Shown here piece by piece: positions 1 to 9,628 of a DNA stretch of 64,000 nt. The DNA lies in the NCBI GenBank assembly GCA_963787125.1, contig CAWBBV010000001.1:352001-416000 (forward strand), in the 5' to 3' direction. A program made the translations under genes and the position numbers. Positions within the stretch are counted from its first letter, which is position 1. Every line of letters starts with the position of its first letter. The notes under the pieces were generated by a model. It was not told the DNA's origin, did no database searches, and saw only the letters and a list, made by a program, of their open reading frames with translations. The stretch comes from an uncultured delta proteobacterium (GTDB lineage: Bacteria; Desulfobacterota; Desulfuromonadia; Geobacterales; DSM-12255).

Positions 1-777
1 CATGTTGTTTTTTGTGTCAAAGCCGGCTTCAAAACCTCGCCCGTAGCATATTTTCCCGTAAGCACCAGGCAAGGCATCGATGTCCGGCGCATAACCGAGA
101 ACCATCCCATCGAAGGCATAATCAACCAGCAGTCCGGGAACCCCGCCATTCCCCGGGCCTTCATTGTTTTGGCGAAGGTGGGTGGGAGACCCTCCGGTAG
201 AAGGACGTCGGCCCACTGAAAACCAGACAGGCTGGTCACCGATATTGCTCCAGGTGGCAAAGGCCTGGTCGACGCGCAGCGTATTGTCACTTGGTACGTG
301 ACCGATGGAGCCGTCCATAATGGAGCTACGATCGGCGAAAAAACCGGCATTGGTCGCATCGGCGTTCTGGTTACCCGTTGTTTTGTACATCAGAAAGCGA
401 GTTGTGACGGTTACATCCTTGGTTGCCTTTGCCTTTAAGTTAAGTCCAAAGCGATTGGTCATCAGGTCATCGTTTTTGGTCGTATAGCCGGCGGTGGGTG
501 CGCCGAAATAGGTAGGAGCGACTCCGGTAAACGGCGTATGTGCAGCTACTTCGCCTTTCATGGAATCTATTCTGAAGCGGTAGTCGCCACTAATGGTGAG
601 CCATTTGCCGAGGGACTTGTCGTCAACCTTCTTCACCTGTCCTTTCAGCAGCTCAACCTCTTTTACCAGCTGATCGACCTTTTTCTGCAGATCTTCGTCT
701 GCGGCATGTGCTGCAAGCGGCAGCGCGAGCCCTGCTAATAATGCTGATGTTGCCAGAGTCAAAAACGGTTTTTTCAT
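1..777 (-). CDS. DUF3373-family exported/outer-membrane protein (5' part; runs off window)
   Basis: Not in ORF track; read by hand from ATG at 777: MKKPFLTLATSALLAGLALPLAAHAADEDLQKKVDQLVKEVELLK...LTISGDYRFRIDS (signal peptide, short coiled coil, GDYRFR motif); GGAG RBS upstream. Confidence 0.7.
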   Translation of the reverse strand, partial: MKKPFLTLATSALLAGLALPLAAHAADEDLQKKVDQLVKEVELLKGQVKKVDDKSLGKWLTISGDYRFRIDSMKGEVAAHTPFTGVAPTYFGAPTAGYTTKNDDLMTNRFGLNLKAKATKDVTVTTRFLMYKTTGNQNADATNAGFFADRSSIMDGSIGHVPSDNTLRVDQAFATWSNIGDQPVWFSVGRRPSTGGSPTHLRQNNEGPGNGGVPGLLVDYAFDGMVLGYAPDIDALPGAYGKICYGRGFEAGFDTKNNM

Positions 778-911
778 ACATAGCTCCTTTTCACTGAATG
801 TTTGTTATCTGGCCGATTATTACAGCCATTTAACGTAAGTTGCTTTAAATCAGAAAACCTGGTTTCCCCCCTTGTGGTAAGTGCTAACTGGCTGAATACC
901 GACCATTAATG

Positions 912-942
912 CTGATATTCAATTATAATGAGAATGCAATAT
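912..942. promoter_or_regulatory. Possible Fur-type box
   Basis: TGATATTCAATTATAATGAGAATGCAATAT resembles tandem GATAAT-like hexamers, just downstream of the sigma54 site. Confidence 0.35.
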
Positions 943-963
943 GAGGATATAGTGTTTATTGAA

Positions 964-979
964 TGCAATTGAGGTGCCA
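964..979 (-). promoter_or_regulatory. sigma54 (RpoN) -24/-12 promoter for the DUF3373 gene
   Basis: Minus strand reads TGGCAC-CTCAA-TTGCA, an exact match to TGGCAC-N5-TTGCW, correctly oriented ~190 nt upstream of the ATG. Confidence 0.7.
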
Positions 980-1020
980 CAGAAGATTAGAAGCTGATTG
1001 AGGCGGTGGAATGGTTATGT

Positions 1021-1055
1021 GAAAAGAAAAAAGCCGACCCACGGAGGGACGGCTT
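1021..1055 (-). terminator. Intrinsic terminator of rimO
   Basis: Minus strand AAGCCGTCCC-TCCGT-GGGTCGGCTT followed by a T-run. Confidence 0.7.
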
Positions 1056-1085
1056 ATAACAAAGCTGATGCGTATGCGAGAAAGG

Positions 1086-2426
1086 CTATTCCTCCACAAT
1101 TTCTCCGATCAGGTCATAATCAGAAGAATCAGTTATCTTCAGTTTGACGATATCGCCGACATTCGCCTGACCGGCGGTGATGTAGACCATGCCGTCGATA
1201 TCCGGCGCCTGCCGTGATGATCGCCCTTTCAGCAGCAGATCGCTCTCTTCGCTGATCCCTTCGACAATGACCTCTTCGACCGTATCCATGAGGCGGCGAT
1301 TGCGCTTGAAAGAGAGCCGCGCCTGCAGTTGCATCAGTTTTTTGTAGCGCTCCCGTTTGACCCTTTCAGTGATTTGGTCGGGCATCTCTGCTGCTGGTGT
1401 ACCCTCTTCCCTGGAATAACAGAACACCCCGAGACGGTCGAACTGAGTCTCTTCGACAAAGTGGCAGAGCTTTTTGAAATCCTCATCAGTCTCCCCCGGA
1501 AAGCCGACAATCAGCGAGGTGCGCAGGGCGATATCAGGGATTTCGCTGCGGAGCCTGGTGACCAAAGTTCTAATCTGACTCTCCGAGCTGCGGCGATTCA
1601 TGCGGGTCAGCACCGGATCACTGATGTGCTGGAGCGGAATATCGAGATATTTACAGATCTTCTCCTCGTTTTTTATCAAGCGGATCACGCCGTCGGTAAT
1701 GCCGTCAGGGTAGGAGTAAAGCAGTCGTATCCAGCGGAGACCGGCAATCTGCACCAGCTCTTGCAGCAGGGTTTCCAGATTAACTTCACCGGGAAGGTCG
1801 CTGCCGTAAACCGTAATGTCTTGAGCGATAAGGTTAAGCTCTTTGACGCCGCCGCCCACAAGGCGGCGCGCTTCCTCCAGGACAAGATTCAAGGGACGGG
1901 AGCGAAACTTGCCCCGCAGTGAGGGGATGACGCAGTAGGTGCAGCAGTTGGAGCAGCCTTCGGCAATTTTCAGATACGAGTAGTAGCGGGGCGACGACTG
2001 CATCCGGGGCATCTCGGTGTCATAAAGATAATCAGGGTCGCCGATATAGCGGACTTGTCCTTCTATGCCTCGTTTCTCGGCAATAATCTCGGCAATTTTG
2101 GGGTAATCGCCGGTGCCGACAAATATGTCAACTTCCGGGAGTTCTTTGGCGAGCTCTTCCTGATAGCGCTGGGGCAGACAGCCGGTAACGACCAGAAGCT
2201 TGCATTTTGCATCATGTTTTCTGTCGGCAAGGTCAAGGATTGTGTCGATGCTCTCCTGCTTTGCCTCTTTGATAAAAGAGCAGGTATTGACGATAATGAT
2301 GTCAGCTTCATGCTCATTGGTGGTGACTTCGTAACCTTCCTTGCCGAGATAGCCAAGCATGACTTCGGCATCAACAAGATTTTTCGGACAGCCAAGGCTG
2401 ACCATATTAATTTTTTCTTTTGTCAC
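1086..2426 (-). CDS. rimO: Ribosomal protein S12 methylthiotransferase RimO
   Basis: [24 protein letters not shown] radical SAM motif, C-terminal APDIDG/TRAM. Confidence 0.95.
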   Translation of the reverse strand: MTKEKINMVSLGCPKNLVDAEVMLGYLGKEGYEVTTNEHEADIIIVNTCSFIKEAKQESIDTILDLADRKHDAKCKLLVVTGCLPQRYQEELAKELPEVDIFVGTGDYPKIAEIIAEKRGIEGQVRYIGDPDYLYDTEMPRMQSSPRYYSYLKIAEGCSNCCTYCVIPSLRGKFRSRPLNLVLEEARRLVGGGVKELNLIAQDITVYGSDLPGEVNLETLLQELVQIAGLRWIRLLYSYPDGITDGVIRLIKNEEKICKYLDIPLQHISDPVLTRMNRRSSESQIRTLVTRLRSEIPDIALRTSLIVGFPGETDEDFKKLCHFVEETQFDRLGVFCYSREEGTPAAEMPDQITERVKRERYKKLMQLQARLSFKRNRRLMDTVEEVIVEGISEESDLLLKGRSSRQAPDIDGMVYITAGQANVGDIVKLKITDSSDYDLIGEIVEE

Positions 2427-2549
2427 AGGGGGTTAACCTCTCTTTATAACTAAGTTCAGAATGTAGCAGGCAGTGGAAGAGATACCCGAAATGCCGAAAA
2501 CAGGCAAGAAGATATTGCTGCTATGGGTAAAGGTACAGCAGGGAAGAGT

Positions 2550-2577
2550 TTGACATCTAGACTGTATTCGTTATGCT
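2550..2577 (+). promoter_or_regulatory. Putative sigma70 promoter
   Basis: TTGACA-N16-TATGCT upstream of the 2599 operon. Confidence 0.45.
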
Positions 2578-2598
2578 TTTAGAATTAATTATCAGGAG

Positions 2599-2907
2599 AT
2601 GATATTGATGCGACGCAGGTCAACTATGCAGATAACCCTTGTTTTGATAGGGGCAATGACTTTGGGGGCATGCGGCACCAAGGAGCAGCGCTCGCTTTAT
2701 AAAAACAGACAAGACTGCCTGGATGACTGGGGTGGCAATGAAAAGGATTGTCAGGAGCCTCGCTCCGGCTCGCCGCACTACCGGACAGGTTACTACTATG
2801 GGCCGGGTACTGCCGGAAGAACACTGACACGTTCCGTGGGTATGGCAACGGTTTCCCGTGGCGGGTTTGGTTCTTCCGGCCACTTTCATGGCTTTTTCGG
2901 TGGCTAG
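2599..2907 (+). CDS. Small lipoprotein, YgiB/DUF1190-like
   Basis: LGAC lipobox, Cys pair, C-terminal VSRGGFGSSG motif; precedes a Gsp synthase-like gene; start uncertain. Confidence 0.65.
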   Translation: MILMRRRSTMQITLVLIGAMTLGACGTKEQRSLYKNRQDCLDDWGGNEKDCQEPRSGSPHYRTGYYYGPGTAGRTLTRSVGMATVSRGGFGSSGHFHGFFGG

Positions 2908-2910
2908 GGG

Positions 2911-4041
2911 ATGATCCGCCGCGCCCTGGAGCCTCGCATCGATTGGCAGGCAAAAGTCGAAGCGGCAGGAATGAGCTATCATACAATTGATGGCGCTGTC
3001 TATTGGGATGAATCCGCCTGTTACCGTTTTACTGCTGCTGAGATTGACGAACTTGAAAGTTCGTCCGCCACTCTTTATGATCTCTGCTGCCAGGCAGCAG
3101 AAGTAGTCATTCGCACCAATCGCTTTGCCGAATTGGGCATCCCGGAGCAATTCAGAGCGTATATTGTCAATTCATGGGAAACGGATGAACCTTCGCTTTA
3201 CGGGCGATTCGACCTTTGCTATGACGGCGCGCAGCCGCCAAAGATGCTGGAATTCAACGCCGACACCCCGACAGCACTGCTGGAAGCGGCTGTCGTGCAG
3301 TGGTTCTGGCTGCAGGAGCGTTTCCCTTCAGCCGACCAGTTCAACTCCATCCATGAAAAGCTGCTGTCATCCTGGCGCAGTTGGCCGGACAGTCCGGAAA
3401 TGCTTCATTTTGCCTCTGCAGCCGAATCACAGGAGGATCTGGGCAATCTGGAGTATCTGCGGGACACTGCGCTGCAGGCAGGTTTGACGACGCGCCGGCT
3501 TTTTATCGAAGAGATCGGCTGGGACTCAGCCAAAAGACAGTTCGTCGATAAAGAGAACGAACCGATTCGAACACTTTTCAAGCTCTACCCCTGGGAGTGG
3601 CTGCTGCAGGAGCAGTTTGGCCCCTTGTTGCCAGCGAGCGGGATGAGGATGATTGAGCCGGCCTGGAAGCTGATCATGAGCTGCAAGGGGATTTTACCGC
3701 TGCTCTGGGAACTTTTCCCGGAGCACCCCAATCTGCTCCCCGCGTATTTTGACGCAGCGAAACTGTCCGGTGACCGGGTGGTGAAGCCGCTCTATTCTAG
3801 GGAAGGGAGCAATGTGCAGCTCATCAGGGGGGGCGAGATCATCGCTTCGGGGGGGACGTATGGCCGTGAAGCGATGATTTGCCAGCAGTATCAGTCGCTC
3901 CCCTGCTTTGACGGCAATTACCCGGTAATCGGTTCCTGGATCATTGGCGGCGAGTCTGCCGGAATCGGTATTCGCGAGGATCAGAGCGAAATTACCTCCA
4001 ATACCAGTCGTTTCATCCCGCACTATTTTACGGAGGATTAG
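2911..4041 (+). CDS. Glutathionylspermidine synthase-family ATP-grasp ligase (YgiC/YjfC-like)
   Basis: YWDESACY, LYGRFD, LEFNADTPT, QFNSIHE, KLYPWEW, SREG, SRFIPH motifs. Confidence 0.9.
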   Translation: MIRRALEPRIDWQAKVEAAGMSYHTIDGAVYWDESACYRFTAAEIDELESSSATLYDLCCQAAEVVIRTNRFAELGIPEQFRAYIVNSWETDEPSLYGRFDLCYDGAQPPKMLEFNADTPTALLEAAVVQWFWLQERFPSADQFNSIHEKLLSSWRSWPDSPEMLHFASAAESQEDLGNLEYLRDTALQAGLTTRRLFIEEIGWDSAKRQFVDKENEPIRTLFKLYPWEWLLQEQFGPLLPASGMRMIEPAWKLIMSCKGILPLLWELFPEHPNLLPAYFDAAKLSGDRVVKPLYSREGSNVQLIRGGEIIASGGTYGREAMICQQYQSLPCFDGNYPVIGSWIIGGESAGIGIREDQSEITSNTSRFIPHYFTED

Positions 4042-4042
4042 C

Positions 4043-4459
4043 ATGGAAACACTTACTATTACCGATTCTCTGGTTGGACTTGGCAGCTTTCTGGGCTACT
4101 TTTTGGCAGCGATTCTGCTTTTAGCTCTCTTTTCAATGGTTTACGGTCGGGTCACCCCTTATTCCGAATACCGCCTGATCAAAGAAGGAAAAGTCGCTCC
4201 CTCCATCAGCTTCGTCGGGGCCCTGCTCGGCTTTATTGCACCACTGGCCAGCGCCATTACTCACAGTGTTGCCCTGCTGGACATGGTTCTCTGGGCGCTG
4301 GTGGCGCTGGTGGTCCAGATCGGAGTATTTCTGTCGCTGCGAATGCTCTTTGCAGACCTTTGCAAGCAGATTGCCGCTGACTCTGTCTCTGCAGCGATTC
4401 TGCTTGGTGGCGTCTCCTTTGCTGTCGGGATTCTCAATGCCGCCTGCATGAGTTATTGA
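4043..4459 (+). CDS. DUF350 (YjfL-like) membrane protein
   Basis: Four hydrophobic segments, VTPYSE, C-terminal GILNAACM; ATG at 4043 after GGAGG. Confidence 0.85.
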   Translation: METLTITDSLVGLGSFLGYFLAAILLLALFSMVYGRVTPYSEYRLIKEGKVAPSISFVGALLGFIAPLASAITHSVALLDMVLWALVALVVQIGVFLSLRMLFADLCKQIAADSVSAAILLGGVSFAVGILNAACMSY

Positions 4460-4560
4460 AAACTGTTGCCGGGGGGGTGACAGCGCTGTCCGGAATGATT
4501 AGATTCACCAAGCCCAGATAATAACTTCTAACTTACTAAGCAATTTTTAACGGAGGAAAC

Positions 4561-5145
4561 ATGAAACGCGCGATACTTCTCGTACTCACAATTATGGGCT
4601 TAAGCCTGCTTGGCGGCTGCGGTTACAACAGTATGCAGGCAGCGGAAGAGGCGGTATTTGCCGCCTGGGGTGATGTGGAGGCGTCCTACCAGCGGCGGGC
4701 AGATCTTATTCCCAATCTGGTAGAAGTGGTCAAAGGGTATGCCAAGCATGAAGCCGACACCCTGACGGCTGTCACCGAAGCTCGGGCCAAGGTCGGTTCA
4801 ATGCAGGTTTCAAAGGATCTCATCAACAATCCCCAGGCTCTGGAAAAGTTTCAGCAGGCGCAGAGCCAGCTTTCCGGCGCGCTCTCCAAACTGATGGTGG
4901 TAGTGGAACGCTACCCGGATCTGAAGGCCAACCAGAATTTCCTCGATCTGCAAAATCAACTGGAGGGGACGGAAAACCGGATCAATGTCGCCCGGGTGCG
5001 TTACAATAAATCAGTTCAGGATTTCAACACGAGCATCAGAACCTTTCCCAACAGCATGACCAACTCGCTGCTGCTGCATCTGAGCCGCAAAGAGCCGTTC
5101 AAGGCTGACGAAGGGGCTAAAGTTGCGCCCAAAGTCAAGTTTTAG
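4561..5145 (+). CDS. lemA: LemA family protein
   Basis: YQRRADLIPNLV, ERYPDLKANQNFLDLQ.QLEGTENRI. Confidence 0.92.
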   Translation: MKRAILLVLTIMGLSLLGGCGYNSMQAAEEAVFAAWGDVEASYQRRADLIPNLVEVVKGYAKHEADTLTAVTEARAKVGSMQVSKDLINNPQALEKFQQAQSQLSGALSKLMVVVERYPDLKANQNFLDLQNQLEGTENRINVARVRYNKSVQDFNTSIRTFPNSMTNSLLLHLSRKEPFKADEGAKVAPKVKF

Positions 5146-5153
5146 AGGACTGC

Positions 5154-6008
5154 ATGCGATTTGCCCTTATCTTGGTCCTCTCTATGACGCTTGCCATTCA
5201 AGCTCTGGCAGCAGATTTGCCCCTGCTTAAAGGGCATGTCAACGATTATGCGGGGATGCTTTCTCCGGGTAGGGCCGCCGCGCTTGAGCAGCAGCTCGGC
5301 AGTTTTGAAAGCAGCGACTCCACCCAGATTGTTGTTCTCACCGTTCAAAACCTTGGCGGCGAACCTATTGAAACGTTTTCGATCAAAATAGCTGAGGCCT
5401 GGAAGATCGGGCAGCAAGGGGTTGATAACGGGGTACTACTGATTGTCGCCAAAGACGAGCGCAAGGTGCGGATTGAGGTAGGGCGGGGACTTGAAGGGAA
5501 GCTGACCGATCTGGTTTCCGGGAGGATAATCCGGGCAGAGATTGCGCCGAAGTTTAAAAGCGGTGATTTTGACGGCGGGATTGCTGCCGGGGTAACCGCG
5601 ATTGCAGCGGTCGTCAAGGGGGAATACAAGGCATCTCCCCGTGATCTTCATCAAGGGAAAAAAGGGGTGCCACCCCTTTACACGCTGTTAGTCTTTTTGG
5701 CTGTTGCCGTCGTATTCTTAAGCTCTTTCTCGAAATATCTCGCCGGAGCAGCCGGCGCGGTCGGTCTGCCGCTCGTTGCCTGGCTGACCTTTCCGGGGCT
5801 GGCACTGGCATTTATTGCCGCAACGGCAGTCGGCGGGTTTTTCCTTGGGCTGCTGCTCGCTTTTCTGTTCGGTGGCGGCGGCGGTGGTGGCTATTTCGGC
5901 GGGCCGTTCATTGGTGGCGGCTCGTATGGTGGCGGTGGCGGCGATTCAGGGGGGTTTTCCGGCGGTGGCGGCGACTTTGGTGGCGGCGGTGCCAGCGGTG
6001 ATTGGTGA
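5154..6008 (+). CDS. TPM-domain protein (YgcG-like) with Gly-rich tail
   Basis: VNDYAGML, WKIG..G.DNGVLL, RIEVGRGLEG, C-terminal GGGGDFGGGGASGDW. Confidence 0.9.
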   Translation: MRFALILVLSMTLAIQALAADLPLLKGHVNDYAGMLSPGRAAALEQQLGSFESSDSTQIVVLTVQNLGGEPIETFSIKIAEAWKIGQQGVDNGVLLIVAKDERKVRIEVGRGLEGKLTDLVSGRIIRAEIAPKFKSGDFDGGIAAGVTAIAAVVKGEYKASPRDLHQGKKGVPPLYTLLVFLAVAVVFLSSFSKYLAGAAGAVGLPLVAWLTFPGLALAFIAATAVGGFFLGLLLAFLFGGGGGGGYFGGPFIGGGSYGGGGGDSGGFSGGGGDFGGGGASGDW

Positions 6009-6023
6009 AGCGGTGGGAGAGCT

Positions 6024-6665
6024 ATGAAGAAGATGGCAGCTGAAGAGTTTTTTACCCCTTTAGAGCAGGAGCAGATCCGTAAAGCTGTTGCACGTGCCGA
6101 GGGGGCAACAGCAGGAGAGATCGTCACCATGGTGGTCGCACAGAGCGATAGTTACCGTGAGGCCGTGACCCTTGGCGCGGTGCTCGGCGCGGCCATGCTG
6201 GCGTTACTGATAGCCATAGCCAGCCGTCACGTCACCATCTGGTCGTATCTCCCCCTGACCATTATTCTTTACCTGCCGATCAAACGGCTTATCACCACTG
6301 TTCCTCTTCTCCGGAGACCGTTCATTACCAGTCAACGGCTCAATGAAGCGGTACAAGAGCGGGCTGTCAGGGCGTTTTACGAAAAAGGGCTTTACCGCAC
6401 CAGGAATGAAACCGGCATCTTGCTGTTTATCTCGATTTTCGAGCGCAAGGTCTGGATTCTCGGCGACCGGGGGATAAACGCACGGATACCGCCGGAAACA
6501 TGGCAGCAGCTGGTGCAGATTCTTACGGAAGGGATCAAGGCAGGCTGCGCCTGCGAAGCTCTCTGCAAAGTCATCGGCCTCTGCGGAGAAGAGCTGTCAC
6601 TGCATTTCCCCAGAATAGGTGATGATATCAATGAACTTCAGGATGAGATCCTGACAGGACGCTAG
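6024..6665 (+). CDS. TPM-domain membrane protein
   Basis: I..AV..AE..T.GEI, TRNETGILLF, GDRGI, C-terminal NELQD. Confidence 0.85.
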   Translation: MKKMAAEEFFTPLEQEQIRKAVARAEGATAGEIVTMVVAQSDSYREAVTLGAVLGAAMLALLIAIASRHVTIWSYLPLTIILYLPIKRLITTVPLLRRPFITSQRLNEAVQERAVRAFYEKGLYRTRNETGILLFISIFERKVWILGDRGINARIPPETWQQLVQILTEGIKAGCACEALCKVIGLCGEELSLHFPRIGDDINELQDEILTGR

Positions 6666-6667
6666 CA

Positions 6668-7105
6668 ATGCCTCTCTCCACCTCTGCGCTTACCATCGAA
6701 TGGCTCCGGCCCGAGCTTGCCGTCGAAGAGTGGGAATTCAGCCACCACCCTGCAAAACAGCCATTTTACCTGCAGCATGCAATTGATTGGGGAAAGATCT
6801 CTGCAGCCTTCAGTGACGGCCGGTTAGCGCCATACCCGCGCAGCGGCGAACTGGCCGGGATGCCGGTTCGTCTTGCCCATCACAGCTTTGAGGATTATGC
6901 CCGCTATCTTGCCAAGGCCAAGCGCGGCTACCGCCTCAACTACAGCAAAATGGAAAATGAGTTGCAACTGCAAGGCAAGCTCACCCTGCCTGCCCCGATT
7001 ATCATTGCGGTTAACGGCGAAGCGCTCCTTTTTTCCGGTTACCGCCGCCTTTGTCTTGCCTGGAACTACGGCATGACGCCTTATGTATGGCTGGTTAATC
7101 TGTGA
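6668..7105 (+). CDS. Hypothetical protein, possible ParB/Srx-like fold
   Basis: Operonic ORF; APIII...LFSGYRRL resembles the ParB/Srx GxxR motif. Confidence 0.55.
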   Translation: MPLSTSALTIEWLRPELAVEEWEFSHHPAKQPFYLQHAIDWGKISAAFSDGRLAPYPRSGELAGMPVRLAHHSFEDYARYLAKAKRGYRLNYSKMENELQLQGKLTLPAPIIIAVNGEALLFSGYRRLCLAWNYGMTPYVWLVNL

Positions 7106-7186
7106 ACGCAGCTGGTGACAACGTTACTGAATGTTATCTGCTGTAGCTAACAGTTGCTGCGGATCTGCTGAAACTGTCATAACCAG

Positions 7187-8326
7187 TTACACAAACTCCT
7201 GCATGACCAGGTTTGCCAGCAGCAGCCCCTTTGCCGTCAGCCGCAGTTTTGCACCTTCGGCAGCCAGCAGGCCTCTTGCACAGAGTCTGGCGACGACTTC
7301 AGGAAAGACATCTTCCACCTTTATATCGAACTGCCTTTCAAATTCGTTCCCGTCAACCCCCTCCAGCAACCTTAGTCCGAGAAACATAAACTCTGCCATG
7401 GCATCGCTGCGGGATAGCGTCTGCTCATTACCTGGCAGTTCGTTACTTTTTACCGCTGTCGCATACACCGCAAGAGCGGCAGGATTTTCCATTCTTTGGC
7501 CATACCCGGGACTGTTCACAAAAGAGTGGGCGCCGGCGCCGAAGCCAAAATAGTTGCCTCTTTGCCAGTAAACCTGATTGTGGCGGGAGCGATAGCCGGG
7601 CAGGGCGAAATTTGAGATCTCGTAATGCTCATAACCGGCGCTGCGAAAAAATTCGGCGGTCAGCTCGAACATGGCAACAGCCTGCTCTTCCTCCGGAAGC
7701 GGGAGTTCGCCTTTTGCAGCCATCGCCGCAAAACGGGTACCATCCTCCACTGACAGACCGTAAGCTGAAATATGTTCAGGTCCCAGAGCTGCTGCTCCGT
7801 TAAGAGTATCCTTCCAATCCTGCAGTGTCTGCCCCGGAAGGCCGTGAATCAGATCGATACCGATATTATTGAATCCGGCGCGGCGGGCAAGTTTGAACGC
7901 GTCTTTTGCCTCTGTGGCTGAATGGATCCGCCCGAGAAGGGCCAGTTGACGGTCATCCAGAGATTGAACCCCTAGAGAGAGTCTGTTTACCCCGCCTGCC
8001 AGATAGCCACGCAACGATTCCAGCGTCAGTGTGCCGGGATTTGCTTCCAAAGTAACTTCTGCATTTACTTCAACAGTATAACAGTCGCGGATCGTTGCGA
8101 TCAGTTCGGCAACCTGCGCGGGGCCTAGAAGCGAAGGGGTTCCACCGCCGAAATAAATTGTTGGTACCGCTGCCGGCGTACAGAGTTCAGCTCTCTGCCG
8201 CAACTCACTCCGGAGAAGTTCGACATAGCTGTTAAGATCGATGTCAGGATTGTCAAATGAGTTGAAATCGCAGTAGCTGCATTTGTGCAGGCAAAAGGGG
8301 ATATGGAGATAAAGTGATGTTCTCAC
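7187..8326 (-). CDS. hemW: Radical SAM heme chaperone HemW (HemN-like)
   Basis: YLHIPFCLHKCSYCDF, GGGTPS, YEISNF, HNQVYW. Confidence 0.9.
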   Translation of the reverse strand: MRTSLYLHIPFCLHKCSYCDFNSFDNPDIDLNSYVELLRSELRQRAELCTPAAVPTIYFGGGTPSLLGPAQVAELIATIRDCYTVEVNAEVTLEANPGTLTLESLRGYLAGGVNRLSLGVQSLDDRQLALLGRIHSATEAKDAFKLARRAGFNNIGIDLIHGLPGQTLQDWKDTLNGAAALGPEHISAYGLSVEDGTRFAAMAAKGELPLPEEEQAVAMFELTAEFFRSAGYEHYEISNFALPGYRSRHNQVYWQRGNYFGFGAGAHSFVNSPGYGQRMENPAALAVYATAVKSNELPGNEQTLSRSDAMAEFMFLGLRLLEGVDGNEFERQFDIKVEDVFPEVVARLCARGLLAAEGAKLRLTAKGLLLANLVMQEFV

Positions 8327-8679
8327 GGCTGCTTGAGAAGCAGCAAAAGCATTACGGCTGCAGCAAAAAGCAGACAGCCACTGCCGACCTTGAACAGCAG
8401 GAGGCGACCGCTCAGGGCCGAAATGGTTTCTTCCAGGGAGGCGTTTTTAGCAACTAGGCTACGGATCAGATCATCCTGTTCAAGGAGGAGTTTTTCCAGC
8501 CGGGAGACTCTTTCCTGAAGTTCATGCTCGACAACTGTTTCACTACTGCGCTCTTCCTGCTGCTGAAAGCGCTCTTTGGCCTTTGCATAAAGATCCGGGG
8601 CATACTCCATTGCTGCTGTTGCAATCTTGTGCCACGGCACATTTTTCAGAACGGCACCCAGAATTGAACTGATTCCCAT
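8323..8679 (-). CDS. Hypothetical coiled-coil protein with C-terminal TM helix
   Basis: ORF overlapping hemW start by 4 nt; GGAG RBS. Confidence 0.7.
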   Translation of the reverse strand: MGISSILGAVLKNVPWHKIATAAMEYAPDLYAKAKERFQQQEERSSETVVEHELQERVSRLEKLLLEQDDLIRSLVAKNASLEETISALSGRLLLFKVGSGCLLFAAAVMLLLLLKQP

Positions 8680-8774
8680 TTTTGATCTCCCTTGTTACGT
8701 ATGTGCAACCGCTTGAAAAAAGGTTGCAATTACTTTATAAGTTGAGCTGCTGTTACGTCACCAGGAGGGTTTCC

Positions 8775-9554
8775 ATGTCCAGCGAAATAAAGGCCGCAGC
8801 TGTGCAGTTTAACATTACTCTGGGAGAAATCGAACCAAATCTTCAGCAGGTCAGGAGCTCCCTGGCAGGGCTGGCCGCAGAAGGTGTCCAGCTGGCTGTT
8901 CTCCCGGAGATGTGGGCCACCGGCTTTGCGTATAAGACGCTTAATCAGCTTGCAGCCCGCACTGAAGATGTCGTCGCCGAGCTTGCCGCCCTTTCGGCAA
9001 AATATTCCATGGTGATAATCGGCTCACTGCCCGAACCCCATGAAGAGAAGGTTTACAATTGCGCTTACGTTCTTGATAACGGCACGCTGAAGGGAAAATA
9101 TCGCAAAATGCACCTCTTTTCCCTCATGCAGGAGGATCGTTCCTTTGATAGCGGCGATTCGTGGCTGCTGGTCGACACCTCGGTCGGCAAGGTCGGAGTT
9201 ATTATCTGCTACGATCTTCGCTTCCCGGAACTGGCCCGCAGGCTGGCAGTTGAAGGGGCCCAAATCCTGGTGGTTCCGGGAGAGTGGCCAAAGCCGCGCC
9301 AAGAGCACTGGCGGACACTGCTGCGGGCCAGAGCGATAGAAAACCAGCTCTTTGTAGTGGCTACAAACTGCTGTGGGATTACGGGCAAGCTGGACTTTTT
9401 CGGCATGAGCTTGATTATAGATCCGAAAGGGGAGCTGCTGGCAGAAGCAGGTTACGAAGCTGAAAGCATAAGCGCACTCCTGAAATTTGAAGAGATGAAC
9501 GCCTGGCGGCAGCAGATACCATGCTTCACTGATCGCAAGCCGGGCTGTTATTAA
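8775..9554 (+). CDS. Carbon-nitrogen hydrolase (nitrilase superfamily)
   Basis: LPE, YRKMHLF, ICYDLRFPE (Glu-Lys-Cys triad); ATG at 8775 after GGAGG. Confidence 0.9.
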   Translation: MSSEIKAAAVQFNITLGEIEPNLQQVRSSLAGLAAEGVQLAVLPEMWATGFAYKTLNQLAARTEDVVAELAALSAKYSMVIIGSLPEPHEEKVYNCAYVLDNGTLKGKYRKMHLFSLMQEDRSFDSGDSWLLVDTSVGKVGVIICYDLRFPELARRLAVEGAQILVVPGEWPKPRQEHWRTLLRARAIENQLFVVATNCCGITGKLDFFGMSLIIDPKGELLAEAGYEAESISALLKFEEMNAWRQQIPCFTDRKPGCY

Positions 9555-9628
9555 AAAGTTGACTTGACTGCCGCAGAGGAATATTTAAATTAAGGTTGAT
9601 CTGAAACTGATTTTTCGGAGGTGTCACT

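Noticed and set aside
5872..6000. GGC/GGT-rich repeats
   Set aside because: Encode the normal Gly-rich tail of TPM/YgcG proteins.
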